Below are positions 38,496-49,052 of a DNA stretch of 64,000 nt, one piece after another; position 1 is the first letter of the stretch; every line of letters begins with the position of its first letter. The position numbers and the translations under genes are program-made. The stretch lies in the NCBI GenBank assembly GCA_945866245.1, contig CAMBGW010000001.1, positions 451 through 64,450 of the forward strand. Reading direction: 5' to 3'. The notes below the pieces were generated by a model. That model was not told the origin of the DNA and ran no database searches. It was given only the letters and a program-made list of their open reading frames with translations. This stretch comes from Verrucomicrobia subdivision 6 bacterium (GTDB taxonomy: Bacteria; Verrucomicrobiota; Verrucomicrobiia; Methylacidiphilales; Verrucolacustridaceae).

Positions 38496-40007
38496 ATGAA
38501 TGGTGACGGACAAGATCAGGGAAACCAAGATTTCGGAAGGCAGCAGGGTGGGGGCGATTTTGGCCCGCGCAATGACTATGGGCCGCGTCGGTTTCAGCGG
38601 CGGGGCGGACGAGGTGGGCGTGGATATGGAGGGGGACGCGGTTATGCGAGGAACGACTATGACAATTATCGGCGGGGGCCGGAGGGTGGACATCAAGACG
38701 GCGGGGGGGATGCTCCTGCGGCGGAGGAGCCTCGGCCCACGGGGCCCTTATTGCGACTGGACGATTTACAGAAGATGCCTTTTCAGGAGCTCCTGGATAA
38801 GGCGGGGGAAGTCGGGGTGGAAAATGCCGGTGGAATGTTGAAGTACGAGTTGATTTTTGAAATATTGCATCGGCACGCGATGGAAAATGGCCGGGTCGCA
38901 GGGGAAGGAATTTTAGAAATTCTGCCTGACCAGTACGGCTTCTTGCGGTTGCAGGCGAATAACTATTTGGCCACGCGAGAGGATATCTACGTCAACCCTG
39001 GCCTGATTCGTAAATACGGATTACGGCGCGGAGATCGAGTGGGGGGAGAGATTCGTTCTCCTCGGCAGAAGGAGCACTACTTTTCCTTAGCGACGGTGGA
39101 AACGGTGAGTGGGGAGGACGTGGTGAAGCGCAAGCCCCCGATTCATTTTGATAATTTGACGCCTCTATTTCCGAACCGGAGGTTGATGTTGGAAAATGAG
39201 AAGCTGAAAGATATGGCGATGCGCGCATTTGATCTGATCAGCCCGATCGGATTCGGGCAGCGGGGCTTGATTGTTGCGCCGCCGAGGACGGGAAAAACGG
39301 TTTTGATGCAAAAGATTGCCAACGCCATCACGGCGAATAATCCCAAGGCACATTTGATCGTGCTCCTGATCGATGAACGCCCTGAAGAGGTAACGGATAT
39401 GGCGAGATCGGTTCAGGGTGAAGTGATCAGCTCCACCTTTGATGAGCCACCGGATCGGCACGTGCACATTGCCGAAATGGTCATTGAGAGAGCCAAGCGG
39501 TTGGCGGAGCAGGGAACGGATGTGGTGATACTTTTGGATAGCATCACTCGTCTGGCGCGAGCCTACAACACGATGCAACCCCACAGTGGAAAGATTCTTT
39601 CCGGAGGGGTGGACGCCAATGCCTTACACAAACCCAAACGATTTTTCGGGGCGGCTCGGAATTTGGAGGAGAGGGGCAGCTTAACGATCATTGCCACGGC
39701 TCTGGTGGACACAGGCAGCAAGATGGATGAGGTGATCTTTGAAGAGTTTAAGGGCACGGGAAATATGGAGATTCATCTGGATCGTGCTTTGGTCGACAAG
39801 CGGATCTATCCTGCGATCAACATACCCAAATCGGGAACGCGAAAAGAAGAGCTCCTGTATCATGCGGATGAGATGCCCCGAATTCATATTTTGCGTAGGG
39901 CGCTATCCTCGTTGCCGCCGGTGGAGGCGATGGAGTTGCTCTTGGGTCGACTGAAGAAGACCAAGAACAATGTGGAATTCCTGTTGGCCATGAATTTGAA
40001 GGAGTAG
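38496..40007 (+). CDS. rho: Transcription termination factor Rho
   Basis: [46 protein letters not shown]. Confidence 0.98.
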   Translation: MNGDGQDQGNQDFGRQQGGGDFGPRNDYGPRRFQRRGGRGGRGYGGGRGYARNDYDNYRRGPEGGHQDGGGDAPAAEEPRPTGPLLRLDDLQKMPFQELLDKAGEVGVENAGGMLKYELIFEILHRHAMENGRVAGEGILEILPDQYGFLRLQANNYLATREDIYVNPGLIRKYGLRRGDRVGGEIRSPRQKEHYFSLATVETVSGEDVVKRKPPIHFDNLTPLFPNRRLMLENEKLKDMAMRAFDLISPIGFGQRGLIVAPPRTGKTVLMQKIANAITANNPKAHLIVLLIDERPEEVTDMARSVQGEVISSTFDEPPDRHVHIAEMVIERAKRLAEQGTDVVILLDSITRLARAYNTMQPHSGKILSGGVDANALHKPKRFFGAARNLEERGSLTIIATALVDTGSKMDEVIFEEFKGTGNMEIHLDRALVDKRIYPAINIPKSGTRKEELLYHADEMPRIHILRRALSSLPPVEAMELLLGRLKKTKNNVEFLLAMNLKE

Positions 40008-40026
40008 GGACGATCTCTTTTCGGTC

Positions 40027-40998
40027 ATGAAAGTTTTGGTCACTGGCGGGGCGGGCTATATCGGCTCGGTTTGCGTGGAGGAGTTGCTCGCCGCGGGCCA
40101 CTCGGTCGTGGTTTGGGACAACTTAAGTGAAGGGCATCGGGCAGCGGTGCATCCGCAGGCTCACTTTCTGCAGGGAGATCTGGCGGATCGGGACTTACTG
40201 CATCGGGCTTTGGCGGAGCATCAACCTGATGCGGTAATTCATTTCGCTGGCAAGGCGCTTGTTCCTGAAAGCATGAAGGATCCCTCGCTTTACTATCGGG
40301 TCAATGTTTCGGGAGGGGTCAATCTCTTGGATGCGATGGTTGCGTGTGGATGTAAGAAAATCATTTTTTCCTCCACTTGTGCAACGTATGGGCTGCCTGA
40401 AAAGGTGCCGATGGATGAGCAGACCCCGCAAAAACCAATTAATCCCTACGGGCACTCAAAATTGGTTTTTGAGCAGATTTTGACTTGGTATGCGCAGGTG
40501 CATGGGTTGATTCCAACCGCCTTGCGATATTTTAACGCGTCGGGAGCGTCGGAGAGTCGGGGAGAGCATCATCGGGTTGAAACCCATTTAATTCCCAACG
40601 TTTTACTCACGGCCTTGGGGCAGCGGGAGGTGGTGGAGGTGTTTGGGGAGCAGCACGCAACGCCGGATGGGACCTGTATTCGGGACTATATTCATGTGAA
40701 AGATTTGGCTTCGGCCCACATTTTGGCGCTGGAGCGGACTAAGCCTGGTTTTTTTAATGTGGGCACGGGAAACGGTTTTTCAGTAAAACAGTTGATCGAG
40801 ACGGCAAAGAAAGTGACTCAGCGGCCCATTCCGACCCGCGGGCAACCTGCCCGGGCGGGGGATCCTCCGGCTTTGGTGGCGGGATCCCATAAGCTGCAGA
40901 GAGAGTTAGGGTGGAAGCCCAAGCATTCGGGGCTGGAGGAGATTTTAACAAGTGCGTGGAATTGGCATCGGGCCCACCCTCAGGGATATGCGGACTAG
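40027..40998 (+). CDS. galE: UDP-glucose 4-epimerase
   Basis: GGAGYIGS, FSST.A.YG, PYG.SK, LRYFN, DGTCIRDYIHV. Confidence 0.96.
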   Translation: MKVLVTGGAGYIGSVCVEELLAAGHSVVVWDNLSEGHRAAVHPQAHFLQGDLADRDLLHRALAEHQPDAVIHFAGKALVPESMKDPSLYYRVNVSGGVNLLDAMVACGCKKIIFSSTCATYGLPEKVPMDEQTPQKPINPYGHSKLVFEQILTWYAQVHGLIPTALRYFNASGASESRGEHHRVETHLIPNVLLTALGQREVVEVFGEQHATPDGTCIRDYIHVKDLASAHILALERTKPGFFNVGTGNGFSVKQLIETAKKVTQRPIPTRGQPARAGDPPALVAGSHKLQRELGWKPKHSGLEEILTSAWNWHRAHPQGYAD

Positions 40999-41010
40999 GA
41001 GAGGTCACGA

Positions 41011-41958
41011 ATGAAAAAGCCCCTTACGGTATCGGTTGAGCATTTTTACAATCAGCACGCTGCGAGGCTCCAGTTGAAGTTGGTCGCGGGAGAGGAAGGG
41101 ATGGGGCGATTGATTCGTGAGGGGGCGGTAAATCGATTAGGGATGGCGCTGACTGGATTTATTAAATATTTTGCGTTCCGACGAATTCAGTTAATCGGCA
41201 AGAGTGAGGTGAGCTATTTTCAGTCTTTGGATGCCCCGACGCGGCAGGCCAGGATTCGGGCCATCTTGGATCGGAAAATTCCGTGTATTGTTTTCAGTCG
41301 GGACAATCGGCCACCGGCGGTGATTCTCAAGGAGGCGCAAAGGGCGAAAGTTCCTATTTTCATTTCCCCCATTCCGACTCCGCGTTTGGTCAATTTGATT
41401 ACCTTATGTTTGGAGGAGGATTTTGCTCCCTCGACCAGCGAACATGGAAGCATGGTGGATATTATGGGGGTGGGGGTTCTGATTCGGGGCGAGAGTGGGG
41501 TAGGGAAGAGCGAATGTGCCTTGGGATTGGTCGAAAGAGGGTATTCGCTGGTGGCGGATGATATTACCCGACTTCGTCTTTTGGAGGGGCGGGAGTTGAT
41601 GGCGACTTCGGCTGAGGTGACACGGACCTTTATGGAGGTACGGGGAATTGGAATTATCAATGTGGCGGCAATCTTTGGGGGGCGGGCGATTCGAACGGAA
41701 AAGCGGTTGGATCTGGTGGTCACTTTGGAGGAGTGGGACAAAGTGGAAGAGATTGAGAGGACGGGTCTGGATCAGCAATTTTACGAAATTCTGGGCTTGA
41801 AGATTCCGCACGTGCGAATTCCGATTCGGCCGGGGCGAGATTTAGCGGGCTTGGTGCAGGTGGCGGCGCTGGATCAGAAGATGAAGACGATGGGGCAATT
41901 TTCGGCTTTAGAGTTTAACGAAAAGTTGATGAGCCGACTGAAGTTAAAGGACGGTTAG
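41011..41958 (+). CDS. hprK: HPr kinase/phosphorylase
   Basis: HG..V...GVGVLIRGESGVGKSE.AL.L, LVADD, EVRGIGIIN, RPGR. Confidence 0.96.
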   Translation: MKKPLTVSVEHFYNQHAARLQLKLVAGEEGMGRLIREGAVNRLGMALTGFIKYFAFRRIQLIGKSEVSYFQSLDAPTRQARIRAILDRKIPCIVFSRDNRPPAVILKEAQRAKVPIFISPIPTPRLVNLITLCLEEDFAPSTSEHGSMVDIMGVGVLIRGESGVGKSECALGLVERGYSLVADDITRLRLLEGRELMATSAEVTRTFMEVRGIGIINVAAIFGGRAIRTEKRLDLVVTLEEWDKVEEIERTGLDQQFYEILGLKIPHVRIPIRPGRDLAGLVQVAALDQKMKTMGQFSALEFNEKLMSRLKLKDG

Positions 41959-41960
41959 AA

Positions 41961-42248
41961 ATGAGTGCCGCGGGTGCAGAAAAAGCCTCCCAAGAGGTTT
42001 CGATCAAAAATCGATTAGGACTCCATGCTCGTCCCGCGGCGATGTTTGTTCGGGAAGCCAATCGGCATCGGTGTGAGATTCATGTGGAGAAGGATGGAGA
42101 GACGATCAATGGGAAAAGCATTATGGGGCTGATGATGTTGGCGGCGGGAATGGGGTCGAAGATCCAGTTGAAGGCCATTGGGCCAGGGGCAGAAACTGCC
42201 ATTCAATCGTTACGCGAATTAGTAGAAAGAAAGTTCGACGAGGAGTAG
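41961..42248 (+). CDS. ptsH: Phosphocarrier protein HPr
   Basis: GLHARPA (His15) and GKSIMG (Ser46). Confidence 0.96.
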   Translation: MSAAGAEKASQEVSIKNRLGLHARPAAMFVREANRHRCEIHVEKDGETINGKSIMGLMMLAAGMGSKIQLKAIGPGAETAIQSLRELVERKFDEE

Positions 42249-42272
42249 GGCAAAGGGAGATAGTTCTCTCCC

Positions 42273-44051
42273 GTGAGCGCTTCTGGCAGCACTACTGTCC
42301 CTTCCACGGAACTCCGTTTGGCTGGGATTCCGGCCTCCCCTGGGGTGGTGAGTGGGCGGCTGGCTATTTTTTCGCACGAGGAGTTGCGAGTACGGCCGAC
42401 GCCGATCGAGGAGTCCCAGATTCCGGATGAGCTGCGAAGATTAGAAGCGGCACTCCTTAAAACTCGAGAGCAGATTCAGGGGATTCAAGATCACCTTGCC
42501 CGGTCGCTTGGGGAAGGGCAGACGGAGATTTTTGAGGCACATCTTTTAGTGGCGGCCGACAGTACAATTGCTGGCGCGGTACGCAGACAGTTGGAGCTAC
42601 GCAAAGTTTGTGTGGAGCACGTCTACCAGCATGTCATTCATGCTTACGCGCAAAGCATGAAGGAGATGGAAGATCCTTATTTGAGGGAAAGAGCAGCAGA
42701 CATTTTGGATGTGGGGCGGAGAGTCGTGTACAATTTGCTGGGGCGAAAGTTGGCAGATCTCTACTCGCTGGATGCACCCAGCATTATTTTGGCGCATGAC
42801 TTGAGTCCGTCAGATACGGCTCTGCTCAATCGGCAGTTAGCGCTGGGATTTGCCACCGAGGTGGGAAGCACGACTTCGCACACGGCCATCATGGCCCGCT
42901 CGCTGAATATCCCTGCGGTGGTTGGGTTGCACAGTGTGTTAGCACAGGTCGAGCAGGGGGCGCCCATTATTTTGGATGGATATGCGGGACTTCTGATTGT
43001 TTATCCGACGGAGCAGACGCGGTACGAGTACGGGCAGATAGAGAAGCGGCGCCTGGCGGTGGAGCAAAGTTTGGAGGTTTTGCGGGATACCCCTGCGACG
43101 ACGCGTGACGGAAGGCGATTAGTTTTATCGGCCAATGTGGAGTTGCCAGAGGACTTGCCATTGATCGCGGAGAGTGGTGCCGAGGGGATTGGGCTGTATC
43201 GGACAGAGTTTCTTTTTCTGAACCGGGTTCAGTTCCCCAGCGAGGATGAGCAAACGAATATTTATCAGCAGGTGGTGCAGAGTTCGCGACCTCATTTGGC
43301 GATTATTCGGACTTTAGATTTAGGAGGGGATAAGTTGCCCTCCCATCAAGGGTTTGACCCAGAGGCAAACCCCTTTTTAGGCTGGAGAGCGATTCGGTAC
43401 TGCTTGGAAAAACCGGATCTTTTTAAGACCCAACTGCGTGCGATATGCCGATCTAATCCCGGGGGCAAGGTGCGGGTGATGTTTCCGATGATTGCAACTC
43501 GGGAGGAGTTGGTTGCGGCGTTGGGGTTGTTGGGCGAGGCGAGGGAGGAGTTGAAGGCAGCGGATATTCCGGCGGCGGCAGAGGTGGAGGCGGGGGCCAT
43601 GATTGAAGTGCCCTCCGCAGCTTTGATTGTGGATCGTTTGGCCCCGCTGGTTCAGTTCTTCAGTATTGGAACGAATGATCTGACCCAGTACACCCTGGCA
43701 GCAGATCGGACCAATGAGCGGGTGGCCTCTTTATACCAACCGACGCATCCCGCGGTTTTAGGTTTAATTCGAAGGGTGGTGGAGGCGGCACACGCCAACG
43801 GAATTTGGGCCGGTGTGTGTGGGGAGATGGCGGGTGATGTTACGATGACACCGATTTTATTGGGATTGGGGGTCGATGAGATGAGTATGGGATCGGTGGC
43901 GATTCCGAGGGTGAAGAAAGCCGTGCAGAGTTTGAATTATAGTGAGTGTCAGGCTTTAGCGGAAAAGATGCTAGGAATGGATTCTGGGGAAGAGAGCCGA
44001 AAGATTCTGGTTGAGCTGGCCCAGCAAGTTTATCCCGAACTGGTAAACTAA
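42273..44051 (+). CDS. ptsI: PTS enzyme I
   Basis: TSHTAIMAR, GIGLYRTEF, NPFLGWRAIR, SIGTNDL, CGEMAG. Confidence 0.96.
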   Translation: MSASGSTTVPSTELRLAGIPASPGVVSGRLAIFSHEELRVRPTPIEESQIPDELRRLEAALLKTREQIQGIQDHLARSLGEGQTEIFEAHLLVAADSTIAGAVRRQLELRKVCVEHVYQHVIHAYAQSMKEMEDPYLRERAADILDVGRRVVYNLLGRKLADLYSLDAPSIILAHDLSPSDTALLNRQLALGFATEVGSTTSHTAIMARSLNIPAVVGLHSVLAQVEQGAPIILDGYAGLLIVYPTEQTRYEYGQIEKRRLAVEQSLEVLRDTPATTRDGRRLVLSANVELPEDLPLIAESGAEGIGLYRTEFLFLNRVQFPSEDEQTNIYQQVVQSSRPHLAIIRTLDLGGDKLPSHQGFDPEANPFLGWRAIRYCLEKPDLFKTQLRAICRSNPGGKVRVMFPMIATREELVAALGLLGEAREELKAADIPAAAEVEAGAMIEVPSAALIVDRLAPLVQFFSIGTNDLTQYTLAADRTNERVASLYQPTHPAVLGLIRRVVEAAHANGIWAGVCGEMAGDVTMTPILLGLGVDEMSMGSVAIPRVKKAVQSLNYSECQALAEKMLGMDSGEESRKILVELAQQVYPELVN

Positions 44052-44127
44052 ACCACAGCGGGCAGGGAGAGGGGGGTGAAGGCTAACTCTTTCAAGTAGT
44101 GTCAGATTACGCTAGAGATGAAGTGCG

Positions 44128-45576
44128 ATGAGTGAAGATCTTGCCCCCTTACTGGCTGCACGACGCCAAAAATTAGAGCAGCTCCGTCAGTTAGGGGTTG
44201 ATCCATTTGGGGCAGCTTTTTCTGGTACGGAAACGACAGGTGAAATTCGCGGGCGGTGGGAGGAGGGTCGGAGGGTGAGGTTGGCAGGGCGGGTTGTATC
44301 GCACCGAGATATGGGGAAAAGTCAGTTTTTGCATCTTCAAGATCGGGTCGGGCGGTTGCAGATTTATGTGCAAAAGCCTGCCTTGCCGGAAAAAGAGTTG
44401 GCGGTCTTTCAGCTACTGGACTTAGGGGATATTGTGGGAGTTGAGGGGACACTTTTTACCACGAAGGCAGGGGAGCCATCGGTCAGGGTAGAAAGTTTCA
44501 CCCTGTTGACCAAGTCGTTGGTTCCTTTGCCGGACAAATGGCACGGGTTGGTGGATGTGGAGACGCGCCATCGTCAAAGACATCTCGACTTAATTTCGAA
44601 TGAGGCGTCGCGCAAAGCGCTGGATCTGCGAATTCGTCTGGTGAGGTACTTAAGGGAATTTCTGCATGGCAAAGGGTTTACGGAGGTGGAGACGCCGATG
44701 ATGCAGGCAGTGGCTGGCGGGGCGGCGGCAGAGCCTTTTCAGACACGGCACCATGCCATGGGGATGAATCTATTTTTACGAATCGCCCCTGAGCTTTATT
44801 TAAAGCGGTTGCTGGTAGGGGGAATGGAGAAGGTGTTTGAGATGAACCGAAATTTTCGTAATGAGGGAATTTCCCGTAAGCACAACCCGGAGTTCACCAT
44901 GCTGGAAGCTTACTGGGCTTACTCTGATTTTGAGGGAATGGCCAGTTTGGTGGAGGAGATGATTGGGGGGGCGGCGCGGGAGTTAACCGGCGGAGCCCAA
45001 GTCACGCAAAGTGATGGGTCGGTGATCGATTTTAGTGGGCCTTGGCCGCGAAAAAAGTATCGGGATGCGGTGATGGAGGTGGCGGGGGCGGACTGGTTTC
45101 AACTTTCGCGTGATGCGATGGAGAAAAAGGGGAGGGAGTTAGGTCTGGAGTTGGAGCCCAAGCTGGCGGCAGCGGAGATTACGCAAAAGGTATTTGAAAA
45201 AAAAGTAGAGGGCCAAGCGGTCAACCCTGTTTTCATCACTCATCTGCCGGCCGAGCTGGTGCCTTTAGCGAAGCTGAATCGAGAAGACCCGACGGTGGTC
45301 GATGTGTTTGAACTTATTTTGGGCAGGCAGGAGATTTCTCCAGGCTATTCGGAGTTGAACGACCCGCTGCTCCAGGCAGAGAGGTTCCGCCAGCAGGTGG
45401 GGGAGCATACGCAAAAAGTGGATGAGGATTTTCTGGAGGCTTTGCAAAGTGGGATGCCTCCTGCCGGTGGCATGGGTTTGGGGGTTGACCGGTTGGCGAT
45501 GCTTTTGTCCGGATCCGATTCAATACGGGAGGTGATCTTTTTTCCGCTTCTCCGACCCCGCGAGATTTCGGCGTGA
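44128..45576 (+). CDS. lysS: Lysine--tRNA ligase (class II)
   Basis: LPDKWHGL, LRIAPELYLKRL, FRNEG...HNPEFT, GMPPAGG.G.G.DR. Confidence 0.97.
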   Translation: MSEDLAPLLAARRQKLEQLRQLGVDPFGAAFSGTETTGEIRGRWEEGRRVRLAGRVVSHRDMGKSQFLHLQDRVGRLQIYVQKPALPEKELAVFQLLDLGDIVGVEGTLFTTKAGEPSVRVESFTLLTKSLVPLPDKWHGLVDVETRHRQRHLDLISNEASRKALDLRIRLVRYLREFLHGKGFTEVETPMMQAVAGGAAAEPFQTRHHAMGMNLFLRIAPELYLKRLLVGGMEKVFEMNRNFRNEGISRKHNPEFTMLEAYWAYSDFEGMASLVEEMIGGAARELTGGAQVTQSDGSVIDFSGPWPRKKYRDAVMEVAGADWFQLSRDAMEKKGRELGLELEPKLAAAEITQKVFEKKVEGQAVNPVFITHLPAELVPLAKLNREDPTVVDVFELILGRQEISPGYSELNDPLLQAERFRQQVGEHTQKVDEDFLEALQSGMPPAGGMGLGVDRLAMLLSGSDSIREVIFFPLLRPREISA

Positions 45577-46928
45577 AGGGAAGCGGGTTTGGGCTGGCCC
45601 GCGGGCCGTTGCTCAACGCGTTTCTCTTCCAGGTTTTTAACACCAGCTCCTTTTATCTCATCATGGGATTGCCCATGATGCTCTACTTTAAAAAGTTGGG
45701 CGCTTCGGCGACGGTTTTGGGGGTGATCGCGGCTCTGGGAGCGCTGATGAACATCTTTCAAATCCCAGCAGCCCGATTTGTGGAGAAAATCGGATATCGA
45801 ACTTTCGTCTTGAGGGGGTGGATCAGCCGTAGCTTCATGATTGGAGGAGTGGCCTTGGTGGTCAGCCTTCCGCTGCCTGTGGATGAATCGACGCGTCAGA
45901 TCCTCGTTCTATTTCTTTTATTTCTTTTCAATATTGCGAGGGGGATTTCCCTCAGCGGATATTTGCCATGGATTAGTGCGATTGTTCCCGAATCGGTCCG
46001 GGGTAGATTTTTGTCGATGGATCAAGCGGCCTCCCAGTCTGCACTGCTGTTGACGGTGGCGTTGAGTGCGGTCTACCTGCAGTGGGCGGAGCGGGCTTCG
46101 GCATTTGGGGCGTTGTTTGCGGCGAGTTTGATTCTAGCGGGGATGTCTTTGATTTATTTAAAGAGGATTCCGGATGCTCCGGTCTCTCCTGCGGCCAAGG
46201 AGGGGGGGGAGGAAGTTCCGTGGAGGGCGATGCTGCAGCACGGGCCTTTTCTGAAGCTGGTGATTTTTCACTCGATGATGATGTTGGCCCTTTCGGGCGG
46301 AGGTTTGATCTTTATTCCCTTTGCGCGGGATCAGCTGGGCTGCTCCGATTCGAAGTTCATGATTCTGCATTTGATCTGGGGGAGCATCTTTGTGCTGACC
46401 TCCTTGGCGACGGGAAAGATGTTGGATCGGGTGGGAAGTCGGCCTGTGCTGGGGTTGGCGGCTCTCATTTTTGGAATCCACTGGTTGGGCTGGGGGGCGG
46501 TGGCGGCGCACCTTTTACCTTTTCAGTGGGGCATAATCTTTTTCCAACAGGCAACGGCGGGAGTTGGGCTGGCGTTATACAATAGCGCACACATGAGACT
46601 TTTAATGGGAACGGTGCCTGCGATGGGGCGAAGCCACTTCTTTGCTCTCTTCAGCGTGGCAGCGAGTTTAGTGGCGGGGTTGGCTCCTTTGGGCTGGGGG
46701 CTACTCACCGACGCGATGCGGTCGGTGAAGTTTGGAACAGGAGTTGAGGTGAACCGATTTGTCATTCTTTACGTTACGATGACTTTGATTTTGATCCCGG
46801 CGATGGTTGCGCTGCGCAGGATTGAGGAGGCAAGGGCCAGCACGACGGAGGAGTTGTTGCGAGAGCTTGTTTTGGAGACGCCTTGGAGATCGATCACGCG
46901 GTGGTGGAATCGGAGGCCTTTCGCATGA
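45573..46928 (+). CDS. MFS transporter
   Basis: About 12 hydrophobic segments, G..LDRVGSRPVL motif A. Confidence 0.85.
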   Translation: MKGSGFGLARGPLLNAFLFQVFNTSSFYLIMGLPMMLYFKKLGASATVLGVIAALGALMNIFQIPAARFVEKIGYRTFVLRGWISRSFMIGGVALVVSLPLPVDESTRQILVLFLLFLFNIARGISLSGYLPWISAIVPESVRGRFLSMDQAASQSALLLTVALSAVYLQWAERASAFGALFAASLILAGMSLIYLKRIPDAPVSPAAKEGGEEVPWRAMLQHGPFLKLVIFHSMMMLALSGGGLIFIPFARDQLGCSDSKFMILHLIWGSIFVLTSLATGKMLDRVGSRPVLGLAALIFGIHWLGWGAVAAHLLPFQWGIIFFQQATAGVGLALYNSAHMRLLMGTVPAMGRSHFFALFSVAASLVAGLAPLGWGLLTDAMRSVKFGTGVEVNRFVILYVTMTLILIPAMVALRRIEEARASTTEELLRELVLETPWRSITRWWNRRPFA

Positions 46929-47554
46929 AGAGATTTTTAGCGGAATACAGCCCCCCTTTGGTGGCGGCACTGATTCGTGCGCTGGCTTGGACGATTCGGT
47001 TTCGTCTCGAGGATCCGGATCGAATTTTGCAACAAGAGGAGAGGGACCCTCGCATTTTTGTATTTTGGCATAATCGAATTCTTTTGATGTCCTATGTGTA
47101 TGAGCGGTTTTGTGTGCGGAGGAAGTGCTTGGTTTTGATTAGCCGGAGTCGGGATGGGGAGTTTATTTCGCGGGTGGCGAGCCGGTTCGGTTTAGATACG
47201 GCGAGGGGATCTTCTTCCAAAGGCGGGGTGGGTGCGATGCTGGAGATGGTTCGGGAATTGGGCCAGAAGGGCGCGCGGGATATTGTCATTACTCCCGATG
47301 GACCGAGGGGACCGCGCGGGAAGGTGCAGGATGGGGTTTTGGCAGTTTCTGCGGCGAGTGGGGTGGCGATTATTCCAGCGACACTTCACTATAGCTGGAA
47401 GTGGGAACTGCCTTCGTGGGACCGATTCCAAATTCCAATTCCTGGTTCGGTCTGTCGTTTGGTGCTGGGGCCGAATATAGATCCTCCAGCTTCACCTGAT
47501 CCGGCCGCGTTCGAGCCGACTCGAAAGAAGTTAGAACAGGCGCTGGGCGATTAG
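46925..47554 (+). CDS. DUF374 lysophospholipid acyltransferase family protein
   Basis: FWH, ISRSRDGE, RGSS, TPDGPRGP, SWDRF.IP.P; start ATG 46925. Confidence 0.9.
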   Translation: MKRFLAEYSPPLVAALIRALAWTIRFRLEDPDRILQQEERDPRIFVFWHNRILLMSYVYERFCVRRKCLVLISRSRDGEFISRVASRFGLDTARGSSSKGGVGAMLEMVRELGQKGARDIVITPDGPRGPRGKVQDGVLAVSAASGVAIIPATLHYSWKWELPSWDRFQIPIPGSVCRLVLGPNIDPPASPDPAAFEPTRKKLEQALGD

Positions 47555-48099
47555 GGGGCCGGGAGCTTCGCTTTTTCTACGAGGGCGTCTGGGATTGGGG
47601 GGAGTTTTGTCCGGAGGAGAGAGGAGATCGTGCTCGCGGTGGTGAGGGCGGCAAGCCAAGCGAGAAGGGAGAGGAAGGTCGGGACGCGAAAGGTCCATTT
47701 TGTCAGAGGAACCACAGTCAAAAAAAGGCTGAGGAGGAGGCCGAGGGAGAGGAGGGCGGTGCGGGCGGGCCAAGGGGTTTGGTGCGTTTTCTGGCCAACC
47801 CACTGGGCGAGGGAGTCGATGTGTCCTAGCGAGGAGGGGGAAAGGGTGGGAAGGAAGTAGAGTTCTACCGCAGCAGGTCCGGCGGCGAGGAGAAGAAGTC
47901 CGAGAGTGGCGCCAAGAGTGAGGAGCGCTGGACGAGCGTTTTCTGATCCGAAAAAACGAAGAAGCAAGCCGAGGACGATGAGAAGAGAGAGAGAGCCCGC
48001 GCCGATCTCGAGCCAGAAGCGTGCTGCATCAGGATGGCCAGGGATGAACTCCCGAAAAAGGTTGAGAGCGACTGAGGCGAGGGAGAGAAGGCCGTGCAC
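47551..48099 (-). CDS. Hypothetical membrane protein
   Basis: Leu-rich ORF with about four TM helices filling the gap between genes; start approximate (GTG 48099). Confidence 0.65.
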   Translation of the reverse strand: MHGLLSLASVALNLFREFIPGHPDAARFWLEIGAGSLSLLIVLGLLLRFFGSENARPALLTLGATLGLLLLAAGPAAVELYFLPTLSPSSLGHIDSLAQWVGQKTHQTPWPARTALLSLGLLLSLFLTVVPLTKWTFRVPTFLSLLAWLAALTTASTISSLLRTKLPPIPDALVEKAKLPAP

Positions 48100-48131
48100 G
48101 GGAGGTAGGATTCGATCGGATTGGAAGGGTG

Positions 48132-49037
48132 TCAATCCTGCCGAACGACCCAAAGGGAGGAGGGCATTCGTTCCTCAGGAGTATCTTCGGGGCGCAGGCC
48201 AGGCAGGATGCGGGAAGGGACCGCTTCGCGCTGAAGAATTTCACGAACCAGGGGAAGGAGATCGGCGGGGGTGGTTTCCGCCTGATTGATCGATAGAAGA
48301 AGGGATCCTTGGGGGGCGAGAAGAGGAAGGCAGGCAAGAAGAAGGGGTTCGAGCTCTCGATGGATGCGAAAGGCGCGGCCTCGTCCCCCATGAGAGAAGG
48401 TGGGTGGATCGAGAATGATGGCATCGAAGGTTTCACCCCGGCGTGCCAAACGGGGAAGGACTTTGCGGACATCCTCCGTCCAAAACCGGTGGGAGGATCC
48501 GCTGAGTTGATTTCGCGCGTAGTTATTTTTACCGCGGGCCAGGGAGCGGGCGGAGGAGTCGATGTTGAGAGTTTCCGCGCCAACGGAGGCGGCTAAGACG
48601 CCAAAAGCGCAAGTGTGGGCAAAGAGATTGAGAAGACGGGTGGGGCGTAGAGAGGCGAGGTGGCGACGATTTTCTCGTTGATCGGGAAAGAGGCCAGGGG
48701 CGATACGAGGGGAGAGATCGATTTCATAGCGCAAACCGAGTTCAGTTCCTTCCGTTTGGTACTGGTCACCGCGAAGAAAGGTGGAGGTGGAGGAGGAGTC
48801 TTCTTGAGAGATGATTTGGGTGGGCTCCCACGAAAGGGCGGAAGGTGGGGCAGGGGGTGGAGTTGGCAGTGGGGCGGAGTGAATCCAGCGCAGAGAATTA
48901 CCCCAGCGTTCGCCGCGGATTCCAGGGCCGTAAGCGGCTAGAAAAGTGTCGGTACCGGAGGCAACGATCTGTTCCCAAACTTTCGGGGATAGCCAGAGAG
49001 AGTCTTGGGCGGGGGGTTTGCCTAGTGGGGTGGGCAT
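48132..49037 (-). CDS. Class I SAM-dependent methyltransferase (RlmI/RlmK-like)
   Basis: GLFPDQRENR, LNLFAHT, FD.IILDPPTF. Confidence 0.88.
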   Translation of the reverse strand: MPTPLGKPPAQDSLWLSPKVWEQIVASGTDTFLAAYGPGIRGERWGNSLRWIHSAPLPTPPPAPPSALSWEPTQIISQEDSSSTSTFLRGDQYQTEGTELGLRYEIDLSPRIAPGLFPDQRENRRHLASLRPTRLLNLFAHTCAFGVLAASVGAETLNIDSSARSLARGKNNYARNQLSGSSHRFWTEDVRKVLPRLARRGETFDAIILDPPTFSHGGRGRAFRIHRELEPLLLACLPLLAPQGSLLLSINQAETTPADLLPLVREILQREAVPSRILPGLRPEDTPEERMPSSLWVVRQD

Positions 49038-49046
49038 GGTTAATTT
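49018..49046 (+). promoter_or_regulatory. Putative leaderless sigma70 promoter of mcsA
   Basis: TTGCCT-N17-TAATTT-N6-ATG(49053). Confidence 0.65.
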
Positions 49047-49052
49047 TCAGTT

